Shown here: one piece after another, positions 13,665 to 27,553 of the stretch | How the letters are laid out: every line of letters begins with the position of its first letter | Position numbering within the stretch: the stretch's first letter is position 1 | Source: Bigelowiella natans CCMP2755 | Taxonomy: Eukaryota > Protista > Cercozoa | Direction: 5' to 3' | DNA length: 64,000 nucleotides | Assembly (NCBI GenBank): GCA_000320545.1 | Contig: ADNK01003452.1 | Location: 1-64,000 of the forward strand | Made by a program: the position numbers and the translations under genes | The notes under the pieces: model-generated | What the model was told of the DNA's origin: nothing | Database searches by the model: none | The model's input: the letters and a program-made list of their open reading frames with translations, nothing else

Positions 13665-15203
13665 TAAAAAAGAAGAAAGAGAGAGAGAAAGAGGGGGGGG
13701 CGGGGAGAGAAACCATTTCCCGCTATACCTGCATTGTAAGAACATGAGGAATGGCCTGTATCTTCGGTCCGCACTCCGTCAAATCGATGCCCATTACAAA
13801 TCCTTTGCGCGAAACCATGGGTCGGAAAATGAATAAGCAGTATCACAGAAAATATTTTGTCAATTCCATCATGGTAAGTTTCAATCCACTAAAAGGTCTT
13901 TCAGTCTACAGCAGCAGCCGGCCACACGTATTGGGAGACACAGAGAGAATGAGTAGAAGCGAGAGATGACAAGGAAACAGTAAAGGGTTATAATGCTGCA
14001 CTAAGAAAACCCACGTGCATATTCACATCATCGTTCTTCAGTTATTAACGTCCTAAGATGCTCTCTTCTTGCTTCTCCATTTGCTCACAGATTGCACCTT
14101 CTGAGCCTACACGTTCAGCTGCCAATTGAGTCCAACTCCTACAAAGTTTGGGAGATATTTAGGCTTTCAATGATAATTAGTTTTTTTTAAGTATGTTTTT
14201 TATTTATTTATTTTTTGTTTGATTTTCCGTGTGACGATGACTGTAATTCGAACACGTGGAATTGATAGGCTGCAGCGGCAATATATTGCCCGCCTTTGTG
14301 TTGTTTGAAGCGAACAAGTTGCTGGTTCGGGAGAAGGGGTTGGTTGTGTAAATTAGATCATCTACCCCGGAGAGCAGCCCATGTCAAAGACTCGTGCACT
14401 GTAAAGGAAACATTGCAAATTAGAAAAAGTGATCATAGGTTGTGCGCACGTATATAGTTATATTTTCATCGATAAATTCGACTGTTATTCCTCCTAACTT
14501 CCTAGTTCTACTGATACTTCCGCGAATACACAACTCACCCCCTGGAGAAGATGTTGAATTTGTCATCTATCTCTTGCAGTTTATACACGGAGCGGGCGAG
14601 ATAGCCTTCAGACTGGATATGTGAAAATGTGAATAAATGAGAAGCCATTCACCCTAAGATACATGCAAATCCGTGTACATCTGCAGCATCCCAAAACCTG
14701 GATAATATAGCTATATTCCCAAATAATATTGCGGGAAAATTGAATCGATTTCATTGAACCTTGGCTTGCCTAGAATAGTGATCCAAATACTTGCGATTTT
14801 TGGGGTCTGCTCCTCGAGGGGGGGCAGACTTCTGTGTTACTCTCTTTCCCTGTCAATAGCCACACATTGAGGCGTTTTTTAAAATGATATGTACGTATGT
14901 TTACCCCATTACTTCCCCTCCTGCGCTTGGCTCCTCCTCCTCCTCCTCCGCTTCGACTTGCTTTCAAAGAGTATCCGAGTGGTGAATAAACGAAGGTTTG
15001 ATCACAAATTGTTGCTACATGAATATACCAAAGCAGCGGAGGGCCCTGCACGACGGTGTCCTAAGCACACCCTTCCGCAAAGGTTTATTCACCCTCGTTA
15101 GTGCTGAAATAGTCGCCGTCCTATTGAATTTAGATAAGAATGCAAACGCGGCAAATAGTAGGGTACAATCTGCTTACCAGCACAGGGCAGCCATCACCCG
15201 CAT
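12328..15203 (-). CDS. MRM2: FtsJ/RlmE-family rRNA 2'-O-ribose methyltransferase, probably mitochondrial
   Basis: Spliced exons give YLDHYSRQAK|SEGYLARSVYKLQEIDDKFNIFSRG|ARVFDMGCSPG|SWTQLAAERVGSEG|FVMGIDL...|GDIYDF...|FDVLISDMAPKTSG...|IKPKGSVLLKIFQGG...KPKGTRSESVETYILAR...*. The K-D-K-E tetrad and SAM-binding DxGxxPG are present. The N-terminus is Arg-rich and resembles a mitochondrial presequence. Confidence 0.92.
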
Positions 15204-15901
15204 CACCGATATTAAGTCTTAACTCTTCTGAAAAATAAAAGCAATCAATAGATCCCATGCTAACATTGAAATGCGACATCAATTTTAAACCAATGTTTTA
15301 TGTCGTTCTTATGTCTATCGGCTATCGAAGAAAATTTTCAAGTTAGATCTACCTTGAAAGCAGTTGAAATATGTGTTCAGCTTCCTTTTCTGGGGAAACT
15401 TACGTCTTTTTAATTTATGTGGAAAAAATAAATATCGGGAACATGACAGCTGGTACAGATTGTTTCTTAGACCTTTTGGATTGAAATCATAATTGTAATA
15501 TTGACGCCTTCTAAATACCGCCTTGTTCCATAAGTAAAGCCAAAATAGTGTGCATCCTCAGAATCTCACAAAGAAAGGTATCACCATTTATTGTTTTCGA
15601 AGAACGAGATCCATATATTTTAATGAAGGGCGAATATACATATTATTGTATAATTGATTATGTCGCTTTATAAAATTACAATACGTTGTTTAATATAAAC
15701 AAAATATGTTACCCAAAGTTGTGTCTGATTATTGCAAAGGAGGCACAAACGAGAGATACCCTTGAGACCCCTCTCCCCATTCCTCTCTTCATTTAAACCC
15801 GAGAGCTAACAGTCACTTGCAGCTGGAAACGACCGGGTTGCGGCAAGCCCCCGATACTCACAACGTCAGACTCACGCCCCCCACCCGCGGACCAAGAGAA
15901 G
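15204..15901. promoter_or_regulatory. AT-rich divergent intergenic region (putative bidirectional promoter)
   Basis: ~700 bp, AT-rich and SSR-free, between head-to-head starts at 15203 (-) and 15902 (+). Position-based inference only. Confidence 0.35.
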
Positions 15902-16651
15902 ATGAGTCGCATAGTTGATTGGCCAGGTCTAGAGGGCTTTGGCGCCGTTATTAAAGGAGGACCCTTTCCAACTAATGCGACCAACTCTGCCGGCAACGGT
16001 GCCCCGGTTTCAAACGCCCTCGTTGTTCCTAAACCCCCGATGGGGGCAAGCGCAGCGACAACGACTAGTGAAGGTATTGGAAAATTCCTTTCAGTGACAT
16101 ACTGTTGATTTCATTCCAACGATTCACGCCACTTACCAGGCACAATGTTTGAGGATTTCGAGAGGAAGATCACAAATGACCCTGCCGCAGCTTTCCGGTC
16201 ATTCAGCCTCAAGAACAGGACAGAAGCGATACGCCTGCTAAAGGAGGCGGACGAAGAAGACACGTAAAAAGAAACATTAATCGGCTCAGATCATTGCATC
16301 AGACTCATCATTTTTCGTTTTAAAACAGGGAAGATAACATCGCTCAAAAGTTGCAGCAACTCTTTAATAATCTCACCGAAGAGCAACAGCGAAAGTACCA
16401 TCCAGTGTCGAATAAGCGAGTTCGCGTCCAACGCCAGGGCATCCCATCCAGCGTTTTCGGCTCGGAAAAGTTTGACGTAAGTGAGTTGAAGACGCAATCT
16501 GGGTAGTACCTTCTAGCCAGATTACTTGATTCATAACCGCGTTTTCAGCATTGTTGCAGTCTCTCCTGATGAAGATCTGCATTAGTTCTCTAAAAGCGAT
16601 GATGATGATGATGATGATGATGATTAGTGACGATGGTGATTACTAACGTGG

Positions 16652-16694
<43 letters not shown>

Positions 16695-17459
16695 CACTTT
16701 TCTCAGAATTATAATGAAGGGAGTGGATAAGCTCTACGGAATGGGCGTTGCTGTCACGATGGCAATGGCAGTCAAGAAGACCGGGAAAACGTACAAATAC
16801 TTCCCCGAAGAACTCGGGGCTGATCGTGATGTGATGAAGAGCCTCGATCAGCACCTCCTCCAACTTCAGTATGCACTATGGGATGAGAAAGACCTCGGAG
16901 GCCTCACGATGAGGGTGCAAGATTCGCATAGAGGAAGGTCGTACCCTTGCATCAAGAGGAGGGGGAAGGGGGGGAGGGGGGGGGGGGGGCTAGCTGGGGG
17001 GTGAAGGAGGAGCATCAACAGACGAAATGCAAATGAATATTTGAATATTATCGTAGAGCATCATCGATGGGTTCTGCAAGCAAGGGCACTTGTAAGAGGA
17101 AGCTCGCGGATCTTATTAGACCTAAACTCGAATCGCTCCTTGGGGGTGCAACGATATCATGGAAGAAACTGCAGAGTAATAATGTCAAGATTTATAGAGA
17201 AATAGTGCTTAAATGAATACATCATGTAAATCTTAAATATACATAAACGACACACACACACACACACACACAAACACATATTCTAATATGGTGCTTGTAT
17301 ACAACGAACACAGCTGGCCAAATGAAGCTGCTGGGTTGGCCTCTCAAGGACGCTAACGGCAAGGACAGATATCCGACGCGCTTCTTCGACCTTAAAATCT
17401 CCGAAATGAAGAGCATTCTCGCAGTGATCGACGGCTTGGCAGTTGTTGACCAAGGTGTA

Positions 17460-17499
<40 letters not shown>

Positions 17500-18562
17500 T
17501 GTGCATCCATCCATCCACGATCAACCAACAAACACCCCACAATGGAAGCTATTTGTTTGCTTTGATGCGGTAAACCCACCAATCCAAGACGCAGTGACAA
17601 ATCATTACTCGTCGGGTTGTGGAGTATATCCCCACCCCCCCCCTTCTCCTAGATGTTGCCACCTATCTTGACGGAAATTGTCATCATCCTCATTATCCAT
17701 TATATGCGTGTACTCGTAGAGCCTGAGGGGCAGCACGTGGTGACGATCGTTCAGAATCACATCGCACGCATCATCGAGACGTACGAGGAGAAGCACAGAG
17801 AGAACAAGGAGCTTGCAGGCTACTTGCTCAGGCTCAAGGCCGGTGTCTCTGTGGCTGCTGCAGCGGATCATTCACTCATGGTTCCCCGGATACCGCCCCC
17901 TCCCCTCATGCCACCATCAGCTACGAATGATACAGGGACGGTACCAAGCGCAAGAGGTACTTCGCAAAGCACAATTAAAGCTTATTCGATAACCACTCAA
18001 TGCTATTACTATATACCCCTGAATGGCAATACACGCTATGTGAGGACGCGAAGGGGTTGGGGGGAAGCCGGGGGGGGGGGGTGGAGGGAATTTAATAGTA
18101 GTGAAATGAATCATGACTACTTTTGAAAACAAGTTGCTCTTGCGAAATGAAAATCTAGCAATGGTACAACTCCAGAGTAATATATACATATAAATGTATA
18201 TAAATATAAATATATACTCTTTATCAGACGGAATAATGGACACCGCGAATGTAGCAGCGGCTGCTGCTGCTGCTGCTGCTGCTGTCTCTGCACAATCCAG
18301 CACCTCCACCAGCGCTGGCGTGGCCGCGGCTGCAGCAGCAGCTGCTACCACGTCAACAGGAGCCGTGGTCCCACCTCCGCCTCTCCCCCCCCCCATGAAT
18401 AACGGAGCTGTTGGAGTCGTACCACCGAACCCAGCGAGAGGAAATGGCTCGAATCCTGTACCAGAAGCATCTTCCACTCACCAGCACCAGCAGCTGAAAA
18501 TGGATGTCGATGAGGAGAAATCTACGCATCTGTCTGTTGACCCGTCATCATCTACGTCATAA
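15902..18562 (+). CDS. Uncharacterized protein with Ala/Pro-rich disordered C-terminus, about 7-8 exons
   Basis: GT-AG exons MSRIVDWPGLEGFGAVIKGG..., GTMFEDFERKITNDP..., EDNIAQKLQQLFNNL..., IMKGVDKLYGMGVAVTMAM..., GQMKLLGWPLKDANG..., EPEGQHVVTIVQNHIAR..., DGIMDTANVAAAA...DPSSSTS* (stop 18562). Confidence 0.75.
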
Positions 18563-18799
18563 AGTACGGAGCTAAGTCCTCCTCTGCAAGAAAAGGCAAT
18601 GACGCTATATGAGAAAGCCTTGTGGCGGTTTGGCGACGGCAATCATTATGGTGGTTCTAAAACAGGGCAAACGTTGCCTAATTAGATTGGCTTGTTGGAA
18701 CGATAATCTAAGAGAATAGATAGCGGCGGGGGGGAGTAACGAGTGGTCCTGCTACTGATTTTGAACTGTAATACAAACTCTTGATTCTTGCAGTGTCAC

Positions 18800-20300
18800 A
18801 CTACTTGATGACGCAAGCTAAGTAGCTAGGTAGCCCGCTGGTATAATGATGGAATTGGCCGCGCATGAATATGTGATGTCTTCATATACATGCTGGTTGT
18901 TGTCACATTGATACGATCAGCTACGATGCGACGCTAACTAACGCAAACCCTAACAATGGCGCAGTGTTCTGTTCGATAAGGTGTTGTTTTGACGGCGCTA
19001 GGAGTAAGCTAGCTAGCTGCGACGTACATTGCATCATGCATTTACACAATAGCTGCTAGCATGCTATTATTTTGTAGCTAAAAGATGTATAGAAGCATCG
19101 ATCTACGTCGTACTAGCTGCGCCTTGCTAGCCTGGTTAAGCTAGCAAGGCTAGCTAGCTAAAAGGACACAATGCACTAGCTACTAACTAGCTAGCTAGCT
19201 AGAGGCAGCACATCTAGACATGCAAGAGCTAGAAGTCAACTGCCAGCAATGATAGCACAGTCAACATGCTAGCATGCAGTGCAATGACCACATGCTAGCA
19301 TGTCAGATCGACACAGCGCATGCATGCATGTCCATCATTGTTCCACTACTAGCTAGCCGCCAGACTGTAGCTGTCTTGCAAAGCATGTGCAATGTGCTAG
19401 AATGAGCCATTCTAGCATTCCTCAGCTTCATTGCGACTGTCACAGTGCACAACTAGACAGCTAACGCCGGACGCACAGCAGTCTAGCAGTGTATTCACAT
19501 GCATGCCTAGCTAGATGCTAGCTAGCATGCCAACGAACATGTTTCGACCACGCAAGCTAGCAAGGTCAGAAGGCTTTGCTAGTTCAGTAAATTGAGGTTT
19601 GCAAAACTGTTGTTCCAGAAGCCTGCGCTAGCTCGCTAGCCACAGCAGATGTCTACTTGCTAGCTAGCTGTGTGCATCGCATGCATGACGACAAGCACGT
19701 CTCATTGCCGTGCATGCGCACGGTGCACGGCAATGACTGTGAACGTCGATTGCATGAACGCCCGCGTCGAACAATGAGAAAAAGTTAGTGAATGTGCACT
19801 TGCAATTTTGCGCTGCATTAGTCATTTGTTTTGTTGCGTGTGCATGATCTAGTTGTTGCTGGCACGGCAGGTTCATCGTGCGTTGCACACAGCGTGCATG
19901 TCTGGATGTGAATCATCAATCACCCATCACTAGATCTGCAGATCATTGCATGCTGCGAGCGAGTGCTTGACAGAGTGCATGCAACGCACGCTAGGACGGC
20001 CTCTATCTGTGCGTGATTAAACACCTTCATGCACCTCATTTATGCAAGCCTGTTTAGCTGTGCAATGACGCACAACACACAAATAACTGTGACACTGTGA
20101 TAAAACGAAGTCGACTAACACGTGATGAGAAGGAACCACGAACTACTGCGCGAAATGCACGACATTCCAGACCGAAACAACATGCATTTGATTGCATGAA
20201 ACACACAACTGCTACATCGATCATAGTGGAAACCAAAAAGATTCAACGTTAGCGTTGCAGCCGCTGCATTGCATAGCTACACAAGGATGACCATTGAACA
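18800..20300. other. TpA-depleted / CTAG-rich island 2 (between convergent genes)
   Basis: About 28 CTAG in 19141-19680, many as GCTAGCTAGC runs. Non-CTAG TpA is rare in 19200-20000. Confidence 0.85.
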
Positions 20301-20559
20301 AATTTAGTTGATCAATTACATCCGTCTTGTCACTACACAAAACAATTGTAACCTTCATTATAAACTAGAAGGCGGCCTCATGATTGCCGTAAAAAGAACA
20401 AACGGAACTTATACGACGCAGCTTGTTGTCCATATCAACATCCTCAAAGTCCACATACATGTAGCGTGCGCGCACGTACTTATAGGATTTCTCAACACAT
20501 TGAGTCTATGAGCATTCAATTCAATGAAACGAAGTCTTCATCTTACAGTTGATTTGTTC

Positions 20560-21709
20560 GAATGAGGCTGGATGAGACTGCCGCTGGGGTTGACCATCAT
20601 GCATGAGCGCAGCTCAACCAGCTGGCGGAGCCGTAAGATCGTACATTGTACACGTATGTGACATAATACCGGAGCACCAAGCGCATTTAGTCCGAAAATC
20701 AGCTCATCGTTTGTCATCTTAAAGCTGCTTTGGCAGAATTCAATCGTTGTTTCTGCTCCTTCAAGAACCGCAACTCTGTTGACTGAAAGATGCCAATAAC
20801 GGGGGTGTTGAGTACATTGAAAATCTAGAAGTGCGCTAGTACTTCAGGGCGATTCTAAGGTGTGGCTATTTTGATGATGTGTTTAGTCGGTAAATAACCA
20901 AGTTCAAAGCTAATTCACGGCGTACATAAGGATAACGACGCAAGAAAAAAGCTGCATGCATTATGAGCAACGCCATCTTAGAGATCGAAGAAGAACCTAC
21001 AACAAACTAATGGCACGAACAACAGAAAGCAGCAACCTGCTGAGTCGCCAGTATCACATACTTCAACTCCAACGCAAGTCGTGAGACTTCCGACTCGCTG
21101 TACTTGGAGAACGTGCTTGATATCTGGAGATAAAGAGCCGTGTATAATGATCAAAGAAATAGTCATCGATGGAAAATAGGATGATGAAACCACCCCCATC
21201 AAAGATAGATAATCAGCATTTTCCATTCCTCTCACTCATTCGATGAAATATGCAGCAGCACCTGCGCTTCCATTCTGGCCGTATTGTTGAGGTCAAATCG
21301 GGAGATGAAATCGTCCAAACTCGTTCTCAGTTGCGACAATCTATTTGCATTTGTTCTGTCATGGAAGGAGAGCAAAGGTAGTGTTATTTGATATCTCAAT
21401 ATCACTTGGATACATCGTTGGAGTGCGTATAGAATAGGTATTTATATTTAGTAATATCGGTTGAGAGATTAGTTGAAACTCTTTAATCTTTAAAGGCCAG
21501 AAATGTTTGATATATTTTCCAATTTCCCTCTCTCTCTCTCCCCTTCCCTCCCCTCCCCCCCCCTCCTCTCTCACTCTCTCTCTCTCTCACTCTCTCTTCT
21601 TCCCCCCCTCCTTGCTTCAGTATGCTTCAATCGCTGTTGACCGAGTGATTGCATATGCGCAGTTTTGAAGATCTTTGGGCAGCGCTGAGAGCCAGTATCT
21701 GCAAGCACG

Positions 21710-21744
<35 letters not shown>

Positions 21745-21818
21745 TCATAAATATATATTGTATACATGTAAGTACTATTGAGACTGCATGCATATATGTA
21801 TATACTGTATACTATAAG

Positions 21819-21852
<34 letters not shown>

Positions 21853-21978
21853 ATGCATGTGTGAGCGTGTGTGTGTGCTATGCAGCTGCGTAAAGACTCT
21901 ACCCAGCATCTGTGACGTCCGCCTTTGATCCTAGTATATCGTCATCGTAAAGTCGAGAAAGAGAGGGGGGGAGGGAGG

Positions 21979-22017
<39 letters not shown>

Positions 22018-22610
22018 GAGAACTGAATCACAGAACAGTAACAAAGCAAGTGTTGCATATCTGCCCCAACAAAGGAAAACAACGGATTCCAAGTACAGAG
22101 TGGTTTATGCTCTCATGCCAAACCTTCCCCATCACATTAGCTTTGTCATCTAATATGAGATTCGTGATTGATGAAGATGTTTCTTTTCAACTGTTGGTTG
22201 CCATATTTGTTTTTTTTTCCCCCCCCCCCCCCCCCCCCCCCCCCCCATGTATCAGCAGCGGGTAAATCGAACGTACGCACCATTGATCTCCGCTTTAGGC
22301 GTCCAAGAAAATATCTGCCCCTCCTCTCTAAGCCTCAATAACATCCTAATCGTACATCGTTGGCCGTTGATATCATTAGAAAAGATCGTGTCACTCCTCC
22401 TCCCCCCTTTCTATTTTTAAAGCAATATTCACTCTCTATTTGGAAATCAAAATGATTTTTGGGAAAGCTCAAAGCTCAATGCTAATGCGAGTGAATTGAG
22501 CTGTGTCAATGACGCCGATGCTGCAACTATCCTCTTCATATTTTGTACCACCTCTCACCTTTTAATAGCGGCCTTACACCACGCATGAGCCTGCATATTT
22601 CGAACATATG

Positions 22611-22651
<41 letters not shown>

Positions 22652-25112
22652 TGGTGCATAATATTGTTTACCAACATTGTTTCACGTTGATTTTAGAGTG
22701 ATGACGTACATTAAAACGGGTACAGTCATTAAGAAGACTCTCACTCAAAATGAAATGAAGAGTGAAAATGGCTAATTTTGCAAGTTTTACTGTGACACAG
22801 CGTGCGTACGAGTGAGATGGATGCGAGAGAAGAAAATGGACACGTGTCGTGTGCATTCACCTTCAATACGCTTTGCATAGCGCCCTCATCTTTCTTGGTG
22901 TTCCGGATATGAATCTTCGCTTCTTCGTTGCCAAACGAGGCTGCAAGCTCATACCTGCGAGAAAAACGGGGGGAAACATGTGATGGTGGCTTGTGATACA
23001 TTGGGGTTAGTCTAGCAGTACCAGCAATACTTCTTATACTGATCTTTTTCCCTGAGATGGCGAGAAAATAAACAAATTTTCTTTCATTGAACGTGATAAT
23101 ATTGGTAGGAATCACGAATTTCTACATGCTGTCAATCATCATAATTTAGCATCATTGTCATCATCAAATTTATCACCCATCAGCACTATTACTTATAGAT
23201 TCAAGCGTCTCTAATCATGAATTTTCAAACAACGGAAAGACCAACGGGATCCTTGTTCAACGCATGAAAACAAAGAAGCACACAATACTAGCTTCTTGCA
23301 CATATTATGCCACAACAGAAGCTACATTCCAGTCTTACCGATTCGCAAGCCAGACCAATGCGGGAAGATATAAATGTTCCTCGCGAGAATACCTGGTGCT
23401 GATGGCCTATCGAATGATGAAATGGGTTAGGAGGATTCAATTATCCGGAAAGAGCTGCAATCTTTAGTATTGCACAGTGAAAAAGTAAAAATGTATCTGA
23501 TTTCGAGTTAATCCACGTGGGGTTTCGATAGTCGACGCGGCTAATTTTCTCCCCTCGTGAAGAAGACCAAGCACGGTACCTTTTGTAGCATATTCAGAGC
23601 TCTTTGCACGCTGTTTCTATCGCCCTTCGCAAGGTGACGCAGCGCCTCGTTAGTTTGGATCTTATTCAACGCTTTCCTGAGGTTAGAAGTAGAAAAAGAA
23701 AGCGTCCTAGATGACGAGAAGAATCACCACCTTCAACGATTCTACCCAAAAGGACACAGTTCATCCTTTGGCAACTAACAACATAGATAGCTTTTGTTTT
23801 TGTTGTTGTTTTTGTTGTTGTTACGGTCGCATGCTCTTTTTCATTTTCAAGAATGACAGGGAGGATTTGGTTACGACTTAGTCGTTGTTGTGCTGCTTTT
23901 ATTCATGCTGCCATTGCCTCCGCGGGCTATTCCTCGCCGATGCACTGGCTGCTCCCTCTTTCCTCTAAATAGTGTTTGTTTGGTGATTTTCATGCAGAAG
24001 TAGAACGTGAGAATAAAATACAACTTTCAAGAACACTAGTGTAAAACGTCCTCGGCCTATCAATTTTCCTCATGGAAAGGTATTATGCGTGTTGATAGAT
24101 AAGAAAATTAAGGGAGAAACCGGAAAGATAACAAATGTACTTCCTACTCGCGCCAGGCATGCGCAATCTGAGAGAAATTTTTCTTTGCTTGTTTTAAAAA
24201 AATAGGAACATTGTTTCAATGAGGTTTATCTCTGCGCATGTGGTGGCTGCTGCTACCTCAGGTTGAGTGGCGATGTTCTTAGGATAATGTAGTGTTGCCC
24301 TCTGGAATTCTGATATATACGTGTGATTGTATTAGAGATGTACGTGCAAAGAGGAGAATGCATCAGGTAAGATTGAGCAAATTCACAAGAGCAAACACGC
24401 ATATATAGACGATGTGCTACGGGTCTTTCGTCTTTACCACGAACGTCTTTGGTCGCTTCTTAGCTGAAGGGAAGTCCGACTCGTGTACAAGGAACCCGGC
24501 CTATCAAGAATGGAACATATAGAGCTAGATCGATGCTTGGAACGTGGCAGTATATGACACCCATACACACACACACACACACACACACTATTCAATATTA
24601 TGCGGGCATAAGCCTTTTTCGAGCCCCTTCGTTATGAACGAAGGAGCATTGACTCTTCTATAGCTAAGAAAACCATGAAACAACACTGCGCGTGGTTATC
24701 AATGCTGCTTTAAAGACCTGCCGCATATGCTCTCCGATAATCTCGCCCTTTAGCAGCCGAACGTACCATATAAGTTGGTGTTGTGGGGAAACAATCAGAA
24801 AAGAAAAGGAAAGGCATAGTACATTGCATCCTAATCCCCTCACTTGCAAATATAGCAGTGGTAGCATCAAGAAGGAGTACCTTACCATTCACAAAGTAGC
24901 TACTTACCTCGTATGCGTCTGGAACGATGTGCTTCTTTATCATCTCCGACACAGCCTGTAAGATATGATAATCATGAGAAAATCATCAAGTTGTCATATC
25001 CGAAGACTGTATGAGAAATAAATCTCGATGTCGCTATCTCTATTGCCTCTCTTTGCTCCGTTTTTCTTCTTCTTCTTCCTCTTCTTCTTCTCCTTATTCC
25101 TTTCGATTCCAA

Positions 25113-25157
<45 letters not shown>

Positions 25158-25971
25158 ACGCACACGCACACACACATACGATGACCCACCGAGCTTCCTG
25201 TGATGCTTTTAACTTTTTCCCTGTTGCAATGAAGTCACATCTCAACCAGATAAAGAGTAAAGTAGTTTCATTGATCCATATGTTTTATTTGCATGCTTTA
25301 TTGTAGAGGTAAAGCATTGCTACTTCATCATCGATTACGCATGTTTGCAAGTATCGGATTCATGCATAGAGTCACACTGGGCATTAGATGGCAAAATTCG
25401 GAATACGCGCAGGTTTGGTAACAACTGATCTTACCTCCATCCTTTTTTTTCAAGGTCTTTAAATAAGCTACAATACAACATAACAGCAAAGGCGATTGAT
25501 TTTTTTTTCGAGAGAGCTTAAGAGAAATTCTCAAAAACAGTTGTTCAAAAACAATTCAAGATAGATGATTATGTACCGGGCATGATTTTGTCTCCATCAT
25601 ACGTTACATTTCGTTGATGTATTCCGGAAAAAAATGCTACCTTGCGATGTGAGCAAATCTGTACGCTTCGTGGTCGGACTACGCATGTCATTTAGCAAAA
25701 AGCAGCTCTTTTAATTGGGTTCTCCGATATAATTAGAATTTTTACAAGTGTGTTGTATGTTCCATTGTCCCAAAAATAAGAGTTTACAATTGACAGTTTT
25801 TGAAATGAGGCAGGGTAGGTCCTGTATTTGCAATGATCGGTGTAGAAAGGTGCGCTAATACGCACGCGAAAGAGCAAAATGTAACCATTGCGTTGATAGT
25901 CGTAACATAATCCACAATGCTATAATCCCTATCAAAGCAGCAATTTTTATCAGTTTTGGAGGGATGATGGT

Positions 25972-26004
<33 letters not shown>

Positions 26005-26120
26005 CGGAACGACTTCATCTACGACATCAGCAAGGAGAAAGTCGTTTCACTACCGTTTTATCTCCTTTCCTTTAATACGTTTCTGAAACAAAATGTATTA
26101 GACTGAGAGAAACACACACG

Positions 26121-26212
<92 letters not shown>

Positions 26213-26264
26213 GAGAGAAATATACGCTATGCTGTGATAGTCTTTAGCTATTTCTGTATCACCC

Positions 26265-26296
<32 letters not shown>

Positions 26297-26417
26297 TTGT
26301 GTTTTCAATGGTTTGTTAGTATTTTGTGGCTGTTTTCTCTCATTATCTCCTTCTGTAACACCTCCTTCTCCACGTCTAGATTGGGAATAAATCCTTCAAA
26401 GCAACCACACAACACAA

Positions 26418-26449
<32 letters not shown>

Positions 26450-26773
26450 ACAAACGCAAAAACGCGCATATAAAGTAGCTCAACAATATGTGAGTTAACC
26501 AGCACTGATGCGTCACCAAACACTTTGGCAAGAGTCGTGTCTAATCTGCTTCCTGTTTGAATGTGGAATTTAGCCCTATTTTACTCCTGCTAATTACTAC
26601 TTTTTAGAATCAACTTCGACTGGTCGTGGTCATCGTCCCTAATGAAAAAAATCAGTGTCACAGCGGTTTCGTAAGGTAACCACTACTAGAATTAAACACG
26701 TATATCTTCCAAGCGCACGTGTGTGTCTTTTAATAGAAAAATACGGTAGAATACTATCATGTGTATCATATGA

Positions 26774-26845
<72 letters not shown>

Positions 26846-27516
26846 CACGCAATACACTGCATCGCATACACAAACGGTGTGTGTTAATCAAATGCTGTTA
26901 CTTTTTCTTCACGTACAATTCTCTTTTCTCAACTACTTTAGTAATGCAGTAGCTATTCGACCTGATTTCGTGTATAGCAGGGCTTTGATTCGCCTCCAGA
27001 ATGTTTTTCTCAGGCAATCCTTTTTCGTCATCTTCATCACTTCCTCCTCCTCCACCACTAGCGTCCTCTGTGAGAGTCTTTGAATCTGCTTTTCTTGATG
27101 GTTCTTGTAGGTTTTGTTGGAACCGGTCTTCCTCATCATGAGGGTGGTCATATTGGCGCTGTGTCCTCCTTTCAAAGCTATCACCACCTCGTTTAAGGAG
27201 ACTTCTGACTCTAACATCAAGTGATGACTCAAGATCATCATGCAGAATGGATATGATGTCATCAAGTCGGGAGGGGTTGGGCGCGTAGTAGCCTCCTCCT
27301 CGCGTTCCATTGCTTTGTGATTCGTTTTCTTTGTCGCGGCGAGTGACCGGCCTACGAGCCTCCCAGATTTCAGCTTCTCCAGCCACAGATCTTTTTTCGG
27401 ATGAGGATTTGTAATGGACAACATGAACGAATGAATAATTGATATATGTAATATAGCTCAAGATGAAGTTGGCCAGGCAAAGATCATCAGCAGTTTGCTA
27501 GGAAGCAGAAACAGGT

Positions 27517-27553
<37 letters not shown>

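Noticed and set aside
23850-24700. Plus-strand gene in this interval
   Set aside because: Candidate plus-strand exons did not join in consistent phase. Minus-strand exons fit the flanking locus better.
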